In this document: positions 48,956 to 58,017 of the stretch, in pieces
How the letters are laid out: each line of letters starts with the position of its first letter
Position numbering within the stretch: the first letter of the stretch is position 1
DNA from: Thermodesulfobacteriota bacterium
GTDB lineage: Bacteria; Desulfobacterota_D; UBA1144; Nemesobacterales; UBA2774
Reading direction: 5' to 3'
DNA: 64,000 nucleotides
Assembly (NCBI GenBank): GCA_965216785.1
Contig: OZ244197.1
Span: 608,001 to 672,000 of the forward strand
Program-made: the position numbers and the translations under genes
Notes under the pieces: generated by a model
The model's database searches: none
Told to the model about the DNA's origin: nothing
What the model saw: only the letters and a program-made list of their open reading frames with translations

Positions 48956-50683
48956 ATGCGTTTATTATTTAAACCCCGGGACCAACAGTACCTGGGCGAA
49001 GGAACACTGCCGTTTGGAAATTTTGAAGACACCAAACAGTGGCAGCCGATTACGAAATGTCTTGAGATGGGGGCGGAGCGGTTCCCGGACAAGGACATGT
49101 TTCGCGTCGCAAACTCTGAGGGCGTAGTAACTGAGAGCTATACATATAAGGAAACAAATGATTGGGCAAACAAGGTAGCAAACGGTCTTAAAGACGAATT
49201 CGGAGTAAATAAAGGCGATAAAGTGGGAATGTATATGCTGAACTGCTCTGAATACGTAGCCTCAATAATCGCAATTCATAAAATCGGCGGAGTACAGGTT
49301 CCGATAAATAAAGATGAAAAAGGCGAGAGACTTGCGTATGTAATAAATTACTCGGAGATGGTAGCCCTGATAGTTGATCCCGGGAGCCTGCCATTTATGG
49401 AAGAGATAGCGGGCACGCTTGAGAACCTTAAAATTATTTTCGTCACGGGCGACCCGGGCGATGTTCCTGAAGAGATAGGGGGCATAAAGACCCTTCCCTT
49501 CACGACATTCGACTCGTTCTCAGACGCTAACACGGGCGTAGAAGTTTCGGTTGACGATATGGAAAGATGCATGTTCACATCTGGAACAACCGGAATGCCC
49601 AAAGGTGTGGCGAGAGACCATGGCGGAGTAATAATGACAGTTCGCGCTTATCTGCAGCAGCAGGGTGTGCGCAGCGAGGATACGCTTATGAGTGTGTTAT
49701 CGCTTGGTCACGCAAACGCTCAGGTGATGTGCCTATTCAGCGCTATGGGAGCCGGAGCTACAGCAGTGTTCTTTACCAGATTCTCCGCTTCTAAATTCTG
49801 GAAATGGGCTGCCGACTGCGGCGCAACTGGTGTAAATATGCTGGGTGCCGTTGCAGAGTACCTATGGGCCGCCGAGCCAACCGAATGGGATAAAAAACAC
49901 AATATACGAATCATGCTGGGCTCACCGGCGCCGCGTAACCTGGATGAGTTTCAGGAGCGCTTCGGTGTGAGGGTGATAGACGGCTACGGATCCACGGAGA
50001 TGGGCATGGTACTCTGGAAAGACCCGGAAGACCACCGCCCTGGCTCCTCAGGATTCCCGATGGAAGGTTATTATGTGGAGCTGAGAGATCCTCAGAACCC
50101 GGACACTGTACTCAGACCGTTCTGGGATCCCTATGAAGACCCGACACCGCCGGACGAAGCTAAAGGACTTGTGTTCATTAAGCCGCTAGTGCCGCACACG
50201 ACACTTAACGAGTACTTTAAAGACGAGAGAAGAACAAGAGAGGCGTTTGACGACGAAGGCTTCTTTAATTCTGACGACCTATTTGCGAGAGGAATTGACG
50301 GACGTTATTACTTCTCGGGCAGGTTCAGCAGGATTAGAGTGTCGGGAGAAAACGTAGACCCGATAGCCGTTCAGGACGAAGCTATGCAGTACGAGTCCAT
50401 ACAGGAAGCGGTGGCTGTGGGAATCAGGCTTCCCAACGTGTCTGACGATGAGATTAAGCTCAACATAACCCTTAAGCAGGGAGCCGAGTTTGACCCAGTG
50501 GAATTTAGCAAATGGATGGCCGAGAGGGTTATAGTGGCTATGGTGCCGCGCTTCATCGAAGTTTATGAGGACGGTTTCCCGGTAACTGCTACGCAGAAGA
50601 TAAAAGTAGCGGAAATTAAAGAAATTACAGATAAGACCTGGGACAGGAGCACCACGGACCTTAAGTTTAGCGCCAGAAAGTAA
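48956..50683 (+). CDS. ATP-dependent acyl-CoA ligase (CaiC-like ANL family), copy 2
   Basis: Same motifs as copy 1 and colinear with it; AAGGAGG RBS; own TTGACA promoter. Confidence 0.9.
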   Translation: MRLLFKPRDQQYLGEGTLPFGNFEDTKQWQPITKCLEMGAERFPDKDMFRVANSEGVVTESYTYKETNDWANKVANGLKDEFGVNKGDKVGMYMLNCSEYVASIIAIHKIGGVQVPINKDEKGERLAYVINYSEMVALIVDPGSLPFMEEIAGTLENLKIIFVTGDPGDVPEEIGGIKTLPFTTFDSFSDANTGVEVSVDDMERCMFTSGTTGMPKGVARDHGGVIMTVRAYLQQQGVRSEDTLMSVLSLGHANAQVMCLFSAMGAGATAVFFTRFSASKFWKWAADCGATGVNMLGAVAEYLWAAEPTEWDKKHNIRIMLGSPAPRNLDEFQERFGVRVIDGYGSTEMGMVLWKDPEDHRPGSSGFPMEGYYVELRDPQNPDTVLRPFWDPYEDPTPPDEAKGLVFIKPLVPHTTLNEYFKDERRTREAFDDEGFFNSDDLFARGIDGRYYFSGRFSRIRVSGENVDPIAVQDEAMQYESIQEAVAVGIRLPNVSDDEIKLNITLKQGAEFDPVEFSKWMAERVIVAMVPRFIEVYEDGFPVTATQKIKVAEIKEITDKTWDRSTTDLKFSARK

Positions 50684-50720
50684 GGTCTTAAGCAAGTATG
50701 ATTTAAAGCAACATCAATAA

Positions 50721-51185
50721 ATGAAAGACGATGAAAAATTCATGCGCCTGGCTATCGAGCAAGCTCAGATAGCCGGGCGTTTTGGTGAAGTACCCATTGG
50801 GGCTGTGATCACAGACAGCTCAGATAAAGTTATTTCTTCGGGTTACAACCTAAGAGAGACCACTAACGACCCAACAGCCCACGCCGAAGTAGTAGCTATA
50901 AAAAAAGCATCTCAAAATATTAATAGCTGGAGGCTTGAAGGGTGCACGCTTTACGTCACTCTAGAGCCCTGCGTGATGTGTATTGGAGCAATAGTGTTAT
51001 CGAGAATAAGAAGACTCGTGTTCGGCGCCAGGGACCCCAAGGCGGGGGCAGTCGTATCGCTCTACAAAATAGGTATAGACAATAAGTTGAACCATAAAGT
51101 TGAATACACTGAAGGTGTGTGCGAGGAGGAGTGCTCGCGTCTCTTAATAGAGTTTTTCGCCGATCTTAGGGCCGGGAAGGGTTGA
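50721..51185 (+). CDS. tadA: tRNA adenosine(34) deaminase
   Basis: EVPIGAV; DPTAHAE; TLEPCVMC; DPKAG; LNH. Confidence 0.95.
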   Translation: MKDDEKFMRLAIEQAQIAGRFGEVPIGAVITDSSDKVISSGYNLRETTNDPTAHAEVVAIKKASQNINSWRLEGCTLYVTLEPCVMCIGAIVLSRIRRLVFGARDPKAGAVVSLYKIGIDNKLNHKVEYTEGVCEEECSRLLIEFFADLRAGKG

Positions 51186-51189
51186 TCAC

Positions 51190-51510
51190 TTAAGACCCGG
51201 ATTTAAAGAACCCGAATATATCTCCGATGATGTTGGCGTCATCTGAGCCTGCGAGCTTCTCAAGCTCGCCTTCATCTAACCAAACTCCGTCACAAGAAGT
51301 GCATCGGTCGATTTGAATACCACGGAAAATTATTTCCTCGAGCTTTCCTCCGCACTTTGGACATGTCATAAAGCAGGTGGCCTGAATTTCCGCTCTCTGC
51401 TTCGCTTCCGCCTCTTCTCTTAATTTATCTTGCAGACGTTTTACTTTTTCGGCTTCTTCTTTGGCAATATACTCGTCTTCTGTTTTGGAAGATTTCTTTT
51501 CATTAGTCAT
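51190..51510 (-). CDS. zf-TFIIB zinc-ribbon protein
   Basis: EDEYIA..MTCPKCG..IDRCTSCDGVWLDEGELEKL. Confidence 0.85.
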   Translation of the reverse strand: MTNEKKSSKTEDEYIAKEEAEKVKRLQDKLREEAEAKQRAEIQATCFMTCPKCGGKLEEIIFRGIQIDRCTSCDGVWLDEGELEKLAGSDDANIIGDIFGFFKSGS

Positions 51511-51548
51511 TTAATTTTCCTCACTGGAATTAAGTTTTATTGATCTCC

Positions 51549-52205
51549 CTACTGCGCCTGGCCCTTTGATGAGGGTGTAATAATAATACGTTTTTCATTA
51601 CGGTCAATCTTGGTTTCATAACTCACGCCGCTCTCACGCTTCAGCGTGATATAAGCAATCCTTCTTTCAGAGGCCGACATCGGGTTAAGCGAAACCGGCT
51701 TCTTCGTTTTTCTTACTTTTTTAGCAGTATCTCTTACGACTCTGGATATAGTATCTTCACGCTTACGCTTGTATCCGTCTACGTCGATAGAGACCCTCTT
51801 TTCTCTGCCGTCATCACAGCGGCGGGCAGCCACCTTGCCGACTATGTACTCCATAGCCTTTATCATCTCACCCTTTTTCCCGATGAGAAGCCCCTTGTCG
51901 TTTGTGTTTTTAATATCCAGTTTTATCTTGTCCGGATTCTCACGGATACCCACAGCATAGGAAGGCACCAGGTAGCTAAGAATTTCCTCAAGCACCTTCT
52001 TGGACCTGAGCCCCTTCTCGCTTAAACTCTCGTCCTTTACGGTAATCCTGACCTTAGCCTTTTTTACCCCGATACCCAAAACACCTTTTGAGCCCTCCTG
52101 CAGTACCTCTACATCGAGCTCACTCCTGGGAACACCTAAATCCTCGCAGGCGCTAATTGTTGCCTCGGAAACTGTTTTCCCTTCCCTTTCTATGACTATC
52201 GGCAT
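51549..52205 (-). CDS. jag: Jag/EloR RNA-binding protein (Jag_N-KH-R3H)
   Basis: GKTVSEA; GLLIGKKG KH; PMSASERRI; downstream of yidC. Confidence 0.88.
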   Translation of the reverse strand: MPIVIEREGKTVSEATISACEDLGVPRSELDVEVLQEGSKGVLGIGVKKAKVRITVKDESLSEKGLRSKKVLEEILSYLVPSYAVGIRENPDKIKLDIKNTNDKGLLIGKKGEMIKAMEYIVGKVAARRCDDGREKRVSIDVDGYKRKREDTISRVVRDTAKKVRKTKKPVSLNPMSASERRIAYITLKRESGVSYETKIDRNEKRIIITPSSKGQAQ

Positions 52206-52206
52206 T

Positions 52207-53901
52207 TTATCCTCCTTTTGGAGACAAGACCTGTCGGTTTACATAAATTTGCTGGCCTATTGAAAGTATATTGCTTACTGTCCAATATAGTATCAAACCT
52301 GAGGGTAATCCCCAAAATAAAACTGTAAAGATTATAGGCATAAATTGCATCATTTTCATCTGAAGCTGCATTTGCTCGTTTCCGGTCATCGTCATAGGAG
52401 TCATTTTCTGGGACAAGAACCATGACACACCCATCACTAGCGGAAGTATTCTGAACGGTACCCCGATGTAGGGTATGTCAAAAAGAGTTTCGGGCTCGGA
52501 AAGGTCGCTGATCCAGAGAAACGCGCTGTGCCTTAAATCAATTGAATGTAGAAATACGTCGTAGAGCGCTACGAAGACCGGAAGCTGTATTAAGAGCGGG
52601 AGGCAGCCTCCCAGACTGCTGAGCGGGTTGATGCCGTGGCTCGAGTAGAGCTTCATCAGCTCTGAGTTCTGTTTAGCCTTGTCGTCCTTATATTTCTCTT
52701 TAAGGGCGTCCATCTTGGGCTTGATGCCTTCCATCTTGACCTGCATTTTTTTCATGGACACCATAGTCCTGACAGTAAGGGGCAGGAACAAGACTCTTAT
52801 TATGACTGTGATTACAATTATAGATATGCCGTAATTATGGAAGTAGCGGTTTAACCATTCGAGAAAATCCAGAAGCGGCTTTGAGAGAAACGCGAACCAG
52901 CCGTAATTGATAGCTTCACCGAGGTTATATCCTACAGAATCTAGTATATCTTGCTCAAGTGGACCCAAGTAGACTTCCCAGTTTCTTATCGAAGTTTGAC
53001 CCGCGGGAATGGTATCGGTCGGGTAGCTGTAAACAGCGCGCATTACACCTTCTCTGTCACTTGGAGAAAGTCTTAAAGTCGTCTCGGCTCCGGTCTCTGG
53101 AAGAAAGGCCGACATAAAGTATTTCTCAGAGTATCCAAACCACGATATCTCGCCCTTATATACATCAGTAGTATCAGGGATGCCGCTTATTCTCTCGACG
53201 TCCTGCGATACCATAGCTACTAGTGATCTGCTGTTCTCTCCCCTCCCCTTAGACTCAATATTGCCGTACCAGAGAATATCCAGCCTTTCCTGGAGAGCAG
53301 AAGCTCCCCTGTTTTCGACCTCGAACTTTTGCTTAACCACATAGCTTGAAGCGTCTAACTCATATATCTTTTTAATGCGAATACCATCGGGTGAGTCCCA
53401 GTAAAAGGTAATTTTCTTAGTGCCATCTTTTAGAGTTACGTTCTTATCCCCATCAACTGTAAAAGGAATTAGCTCGGGGATTTTATATCCGTTAAGTTTT
53501 AAAAGAGTGCTGAACCCCGGGGGGCTGTCCATAAAGAGGTTTACCAGCTCACCGTTACCGTTTGTGCTGAGCTTATAGTCTTTTAGCTCCCAGCTTAACA
53601 TCCGAGCCCCGTAAGTGTCTATCGTTCCTCTATAGAGAGGGGTGTCTATGGTTAAAAGCTCGCCTTGCTGGGTGTCCTGTATATCGTTTTCTATGTATGA
53701 AGCATCCTCAAAGTCCTGAGTCTCCGTGAGAGAAGGTGCTTGAGAGGGATCTGAAGCGCTGCCGGTACCGGTATTCTGCTGAGAGTTTTGAGCTTCTTTA
53801 ACTGTCTCTTTTGGAGGGGTGCTAAAGAAATAGGTGTAGCCTAAAATTATGGCGAGTGATAAAACCAGGAATAGAATATAGTTTGCTTTATTGTCGGACA
53901 T
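52207..53901 (-). CDS. yidC: Membrane protein insertase YidC
   Basis: YLGP; INYGWF; NYGISII; GGCLPLLIQLPVF; PSGLILYWTVSN. Confidence 0.96.
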   Translation of the reverse strand: MSDNKANYILFLVLSLAIILGYTYFFSTPPKETVKEAQNSQQNTGTGSASDPSQAPSLTETQDFEDASYIENDIQDTQQGELLTIDTPLYRGTIDTYGARMLSWELKDYKLSTNGNGELVNLFMDSPPGFSTLLKLNGYKIPELIPFTVDGDKNVTLKDGTKKITFYWDSPDGIRIKKIYELDASSYVVKQKFEVENRGASALQERLDILWYGNIESKGRGENSRSLVAMVSQDVERISGIPDTTDVYKGEISWFGYSEKYFMSAFLPETGAETTLRLSPSDREGVMRAVYSYPTDTIPAGQTSIRNWEVYLGPLEQDILDSVGYNLGEAINYGWFAFLSKPLLDFLEWLNRYFHNYGISIIVITVIIRVLFLPLTVRTMVSMKKMQVKMEGIKPKMDALKEKYKDDKAKQNSELMKLYSSHGINPLSSLGGCLPLLIQLPVFVALYDVFLHSIDLRHSAFLWISDLSEPETLFDIPYIGVPFRILPLVMGVSWFLSQKMTPMTMTGNEQMQLQMKMMQFMPIIFTVLFWGLPSGLILYWTVSNILSIGQQIYVNRQVLSPKGG

Positions 53902-53912
53902 CCCCTCTTCCT

Positions 53913-54137
53913 TTACCGTAACGGATCATAACCACCGGCGCAAAGCGGGTGACACTTTGCAATCCTTTTCAGAGTGAGCCACAGGCCTCTAACAAACCCG
54001 TATTTCTGAAATGCTTCTAAAGCATACTCCGAACAACTAGGGTAGAACCTGCAGGAAGACGGTAAAATAGGGGATATAAGATATTTGTAAGCTTTTATAA
54101 ATATGGTAGCCAGATAAACCGGAAAATCTGTCAGCAT
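53913..54137 (-). CDS. yidD: Membrane protein insertion efficiency factor
   Basis: [31 protein letters not shown]. Confidence 0.95.
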   Translation of the reverse strand: MLTDFPVYLATIFIKAYKYLISPILPSSCRFYPSCSEYALEAFQKYGFVRGLWLTLKRIAKCHPLCAGGYDPLR

Positions 54138-54487
54138 GACAATATTGACCTTACGCTTTCTTCTATCTCTCGTCTAGCTTGAGAGTAACTGAGCGATTCA
54201 CTACCTCTATTCGCTATAAATACAATATCCAGTGATCCAAAGAGGGATTTATTATTTCTGAATACTTCACGAAGCACCCTCTTAAACCGATTCCGACCGA
54301 CTGCACTAGGCACTTTCTTCTTGCCGGCTATAAGCCCAATTCTGGAATATCCAAGTGAGTTTGGAACGTAGAGAATATCAAAATACTCACGCCTGAGCTT
54401 CTTGCTCTTCCCAAAAATATCCTCGTATTGAGAGGTTTTTCTGATTTTTAATTCTTTCGGGAAGGATAAACCAGGTCCAAAGCTCAT
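54131..54487 (-). CDS. rnpA: Ribonuclease P protein component
   Basis: FPKELKIRK; RIGLIAGKK; [16 protein letters not shown]. Confidence 0.93.
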   Translation of the reverse strand: MSFGPGLSFPKELKIRKTSQYEDIFGKSKKLRREYFDILYVPNSLGYSRIGLIAGKKKVPSAVGRNRFKRVLREVFRNNKSLFGSLDIVFIANRGSESLSYSQARREIEESVRSILSC

Positions 54488-54633
54488 TTCTTCCAGCGCT
54501 GAACAGTAAGACTGTGTCTGCCCTTTGCTATCCGCCTCTTAAGAGTGCGTCTTCCGGTTTTCGTACTCATTCTTTCACGAAATCCGTGCACCCTCAATCT
54601 TTTCGTTACATGTGGTTGATATGTTCTTTTCAT
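54484..54633 (-). CDS. rpmH: 50S ribosomal protein L34
   Basis: [28 protein letters not shown]; start at 54633. Confidence 0.96.
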   Translation of the reverse strand: MKRTYQPHVTKRLRVHGFRERMSTKTGRRTLKRRIAKGRHSLTVQRWKK

Positions 54634-55131
54634 AATGCGAGGTAAAAAACTAACACGAAAAGAATTGTTGGTCAAGAAGAATAATACGTATGTAAGGATG
54701 CTCGCCGGGTCAGAGTATGAAGAGCTCTAAGAACTCATGCAATTTATCATTGAGGCATGGAAGAATGCCAATACAAAAGATACAAGTTCCGTGGTTAAAC
54801 CCCTCCGGAACCAAAATGGCCCGTTAGTAAATACGCTCTGTTTTCTCCTGAACATCTAATAATTTACAAACGAAATAGAAACAAAGCTTCTTAGCATTTG
54901 CGAAGGCAGGTGTTGACAACCTCTGTTTCAGCCTTATAGTATTAGCCAAAGAAAAAACATATTGGTTTTGTGACGGGTTATAGGTAATAATATATCGTTT
55001 GTATTTGGGTCAACTCCAGAATAAAAAAAGGTCATTGAATAGCGGGACATATTCAGACAGTATTAGTTGTATTGGAATTCAATTAGCTTCCGCGCAAACT
55101 ATTGATACACACAGTTGGGAGAGAGAATTAG

Positions 55132-55863
55132 ATGTTTAAAAGAATATATGATTTTATAATGCTATCTACAATGGGCTTTATTAAGGTTTCGTTGTTCCTC
55201 TTATTATTTGTGGTTTCCTTATTTTTCATAATGAAGTCCGGTGAGCTGAAAGGAGCGGGAACTACAGCGTTCTCAAGCTACCTCACAACCCCAAGTATTA
55301 GTGAGACAAAGGTCTCTGAATATGAGAGTCTAACTCAAAGCAACACCGAAATTCTCGGGGAAATAACGCCTGAAGAAGCTGAAGTATTTTTATTTATACT
55401 CAGGTTTTCAGATTCCATGAACTCTACTGAGGCAAGAAAACTCGCGACCTTAATAATTGAGGAATGTGACAATTATGATCTCGATCCGTTTTTGATACTC
55501 GCCGTAATACAAATCGAGAGCGAATTTACCCCTAAAGCCGTGTCTGGTCAGGGCGCAATAGGGCTCATGCAGGTCATGCCAGCAACAGGGAAGTTTTTAG
55601 CAAAAGAACTGGGTATTTCGTATAACGGTAAAAACACTCTTTATGACCCGTTTATTAACGTTAAGCTCGGAATCCACTACCTGTCATTCCTGGAAGATAG
55701 GTTTGACTCTACAGAAAATGCGCTTGCGGCTTATAACTACGGGCCTACCAGGTATGAAAACACGCTGAGCTTAAAGAAATCTCCACCTAAATATGTTAGA
55801 AAGGTGCTAGATTTTAAAGACTTTCTAGAAGAAGAGAGCATTCTTTTGGCTAAGAGAAGCTGA
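55132..55863 (+). CDS. Membrane-anchored SLT-domain lytic transglycosylase
   Basis: AVIQIESEF; GAIGLMQVMP; ALAAYNYGP; YVRKV. Confidence 0.92.
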   Translation: MFKRIYDFIMLSTMGFIKVSLFLLLFVVSLFFIMKSGELKGAGTTAFSSYLTTPSISETKVSEYESLTQSNTEILGEITPEEAEVFLFILRFSDSMNSTEARKLATLIIEECDNYDLDPFLILAVIQIESEFTPKAVSGQGAIGLMQVMPATGKFLAKELGISYNGKNTLYDPFINVKLGIHYLSFLEDRFDSTENALAAYNYGPTRYENTLSLKKSPPKYVRKVLDFKDFLEEESILLAKRS

Positions 55864-55957
55864 CTCTGAGGCCAGGCTGCTCACAGACTTTAAATCCATA
55901 CACTGATTACTCATGACATAAAAGTGTTTCATAGAGGATTATGTATAATTCCTGTAT

Positions 55958-56833
55958 ATGAAATATGGTATTGCCCTGCCCAATTTTGGGAAATACTCGC
56001 AAAAAGAAAGTATCATCGAGCTTGCTCAAGCAGCCGAGGCGCTCGATTATGATTCGATATGGGTAAGCGACCATGTCGTAATACCCACCTCACATCAGGG
56101 ATTTGGAGACAAATTCCTGGACCCTTTAACTACACTTACATTTTTAGCCGCCAGAACAAGCAAGATAAAACTCGGAACGAGTGTGATAGTCCTCCCGTAC
56201 CGAAACCCGGTGGTGCTCGCTAAGGCAGTATCAACACTGGACGAGCTATCAAACGGCAGAGTTGTCCTGGGTGTGGGAGCCGGCTGGCTTAAGGACGAAT
56301 TCGATGCACTAGGCATGCGGCATGGTGAAAGGGGCGCAGTAACAGATGAGTACATAGATGTTCTGAAAAACCTCTGGACTGAGGATAACCCTGAGTTCAG
56401 GGGGAATTATATTGAATATTCAAACATCAAATTTCTTCCTAAACCACTACAAATACCCCACCCGCCCATATGGGTAGGCGGAGGAAGCACAGCAGCCATT
56501 GAGCGTGCGGTGAATAGAGGTGATGGGTGGCACCCTGTGGGGCTTACCCCATCTGAACTTAAGGAAAAGGTACATTACATAAATAAGCTACTGGAAAAAA
56601 CGAAAAGAAACTCGGGCGATTTTAATATATCTTTAAGAAGAAACCTTGAGATAACGGACAAAAAAGATATCGACGAAAATGAGACTCTGAGGGGAACTCC
56701 TGAGAAAATCGCGCGCGGTATCGAGGATTATAAGGATGCAGGTGTTACGCACTTTGTATTTCATCTGCTTGGGGGTGAATTTAAGGGGCTAGTAAGAACA
56801 ATGCAGGTTTTTTCTGAACAGATAATCAGATAG
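55958..56833 (+). CDS. LLM-class (probably F420-dependent) oxidoreductase
   Basis: WVSDHV; LGTSVIVLPYRNP; LGVGAGW; PKPLQ..PPIWVGG; GDGW. Confidence 0.88.
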   Translation: MKYGIALPNFGKYSQKESIIELAQAAEALDYDSIWVSDHVVIPTSHQGFGDKFLDPLTTLTFLAARTSKIKLGTSVIVLPYRNPVVLAKAVSTLDELSNGRVVLGVGAGWLKDEFDALGMRHGERGAVTDEYIDVLKNLWTEDNPEFRGNYIEYSNIKFLPKPLQIPHPPIWVGGGSTAAIERAVNRGDGWHPVGLTPSELKEKVHYINKLLEKTKRNSGDFNISLRRNLEITDKKDIDENETLRGTPEKIARGIEDYKDAGVTHFVFHLLGGEFKGLVRTMQVFSEQIIR

Positions 56834-56858
56834 AATTTAAACAAGGGGGTAACAAACC

Positions 56859-57281
56859 GTGTATATGAAAACTATAATAATAATTCTTATTGTAGCGCTT
56901 GTTGTAATCCAGTTTATTCCGGTGAGTAAAACTAATCCTCCCGTGACCGGGGAGATAAACGCACCTGAGAGCGTAATGAAAGTTTTTAAGACCTCCTGTT
57001 ACGACTGTCATTCGAACGAAGTGGTATGGCCTTGGTATTCAAGAGTGGCACCGGTGTCGTGGCTCGTGGCTTATGATGTGAACGAGGCACGGGACCATTT
57101 TAATTTCTCCGAGTGGAGTAGTGACAGCGCTGAGGACCGTCAGGATAATAGGGAAGAGATATGGGAAGAGGTGGAAGAGGGACACATGCCTCTGTGGTAT
57201 TACGTAATTATGCACCCGGAAGCTAAACTCTCGGCAGAGGATAAAGAGATTATTAAGAAATGGTCTCAGGGGAGCGAGTAA
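56859..57281 (+). CDS. Haem-binding domain c-type cytochrome
   Basis: N-terminal TM; SCYDCHSN; WPWYSRVAPVSW; MPLWYY..HPEAKL. Confidence 0.88.
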   Translation: MYMKTIIIILIVALVVIQFIPVSKTNPPVTGEINAPESVMKVFKTSCYDCHSNEVVWPWYSRVAPVSWLVAYDVNEARDHFNFSEWSSDSAEDRQDNREEIWEEVEEGHMPLWYYVIMHPEAKLSAEDKEIIKKWSQGSE

Positions 57282-57289
57282 TATTGATC

Positions 57290-57347
57290 CCTATCCTTAA
57301 TCCTTCCCCCTACCCTAGATCGGGGGAAGGAATTAGGTAGGATAGGA
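57290..57347. repeat. Long inverted repeat between convergent genes
   Basis: CCTATCC-TTAA-TCCTTCCCCC..GGGGGAAGGA-ATTAG..GGATAGG. Confidence 0.75.
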
Positions 57348-57363
57348 TAGTATCTAGTAGTGA

Positions 57364-57813
57364 TTATTTACTATGTTTTTCCCGGTGTTTCTCGCGGTGT
57401 TTTTCTTTCCAGTTCTGTACAAACTCGTTCACGCCGTCTATTTGCTCTGGTGAAAGAACCTGCCGCATATCTAGCTTCATATCGATCTTAGCCCTTTTAG
57501 CATCGTAATTGGCTTCAGAAAGAGCATCGAAGGCGCTAATAACATCACCGCGTGGTGCTTCCGCTTTTGACATAGTGTCGTAAAAAGCGGTCCTTTTCTC
57601 TTTAACTACGCTGCCAAGCTCCTCTAAACGGGGCTCATAGGACTTATAAATAGCTTGCAGCTCTGAGTACTGCTGGTCTGTGAGGTTGATTTCCTGAGTG
57701 ATTTTCTCATTTTCCCACCACTTCCAAACACCTTTTCCGTGTCCGTGTCCCGCGAAAGCCGAAGCTGTCATCACTAAAACTAAAAATAGAGGTAAAACTA
57801 TGTATCTTCTCAC
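57364..57813 (-). CDS. Spy/CpxP/ZraP-like periplasmic helical protein
   Basis: Signal AFA; GHGHG; KWWEN; INLTDQQ and VLSPEQ (LTxxQ motifs); HREK tail. Confidence 0.8.
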   Translation of the reverse strand: MRRYIVLPLFLVLVMTASAFAGHGHGKGVWKWWENEKITQEINLTDQQYSELQAIYKSYEPRLEELGSVVKEKRTAFYDTMSKAEAPRGDVISAFDALSEANYDAKRAKIDMKLDMRQVLSPEQIDGVNEFVQNWKEKHREKHREKHSK

Positions 57814-58017
57814 TTTACTACCTCCGAAAATGGAATTTATAGATATAAACAGCTATCTGTGGAAAAGGTTTCAAACTATCACAGTGTGCAAGCTATATTT
57901 GTCCCGCTCTTTTAGACAGTTTCATATACCTATACCGTTGACATAAAGTTCAGATTCATGAGATAATGGGGGAGTATTGTTAAGCACATGATATCTATTG
58001 TCATCGGGAGAAGATAA

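Noticed and set aside
51185-51190. SRP RNA or tRNA after tadA
   Set aside because: There are only 4 nt before the convergent gene, so there is no room.
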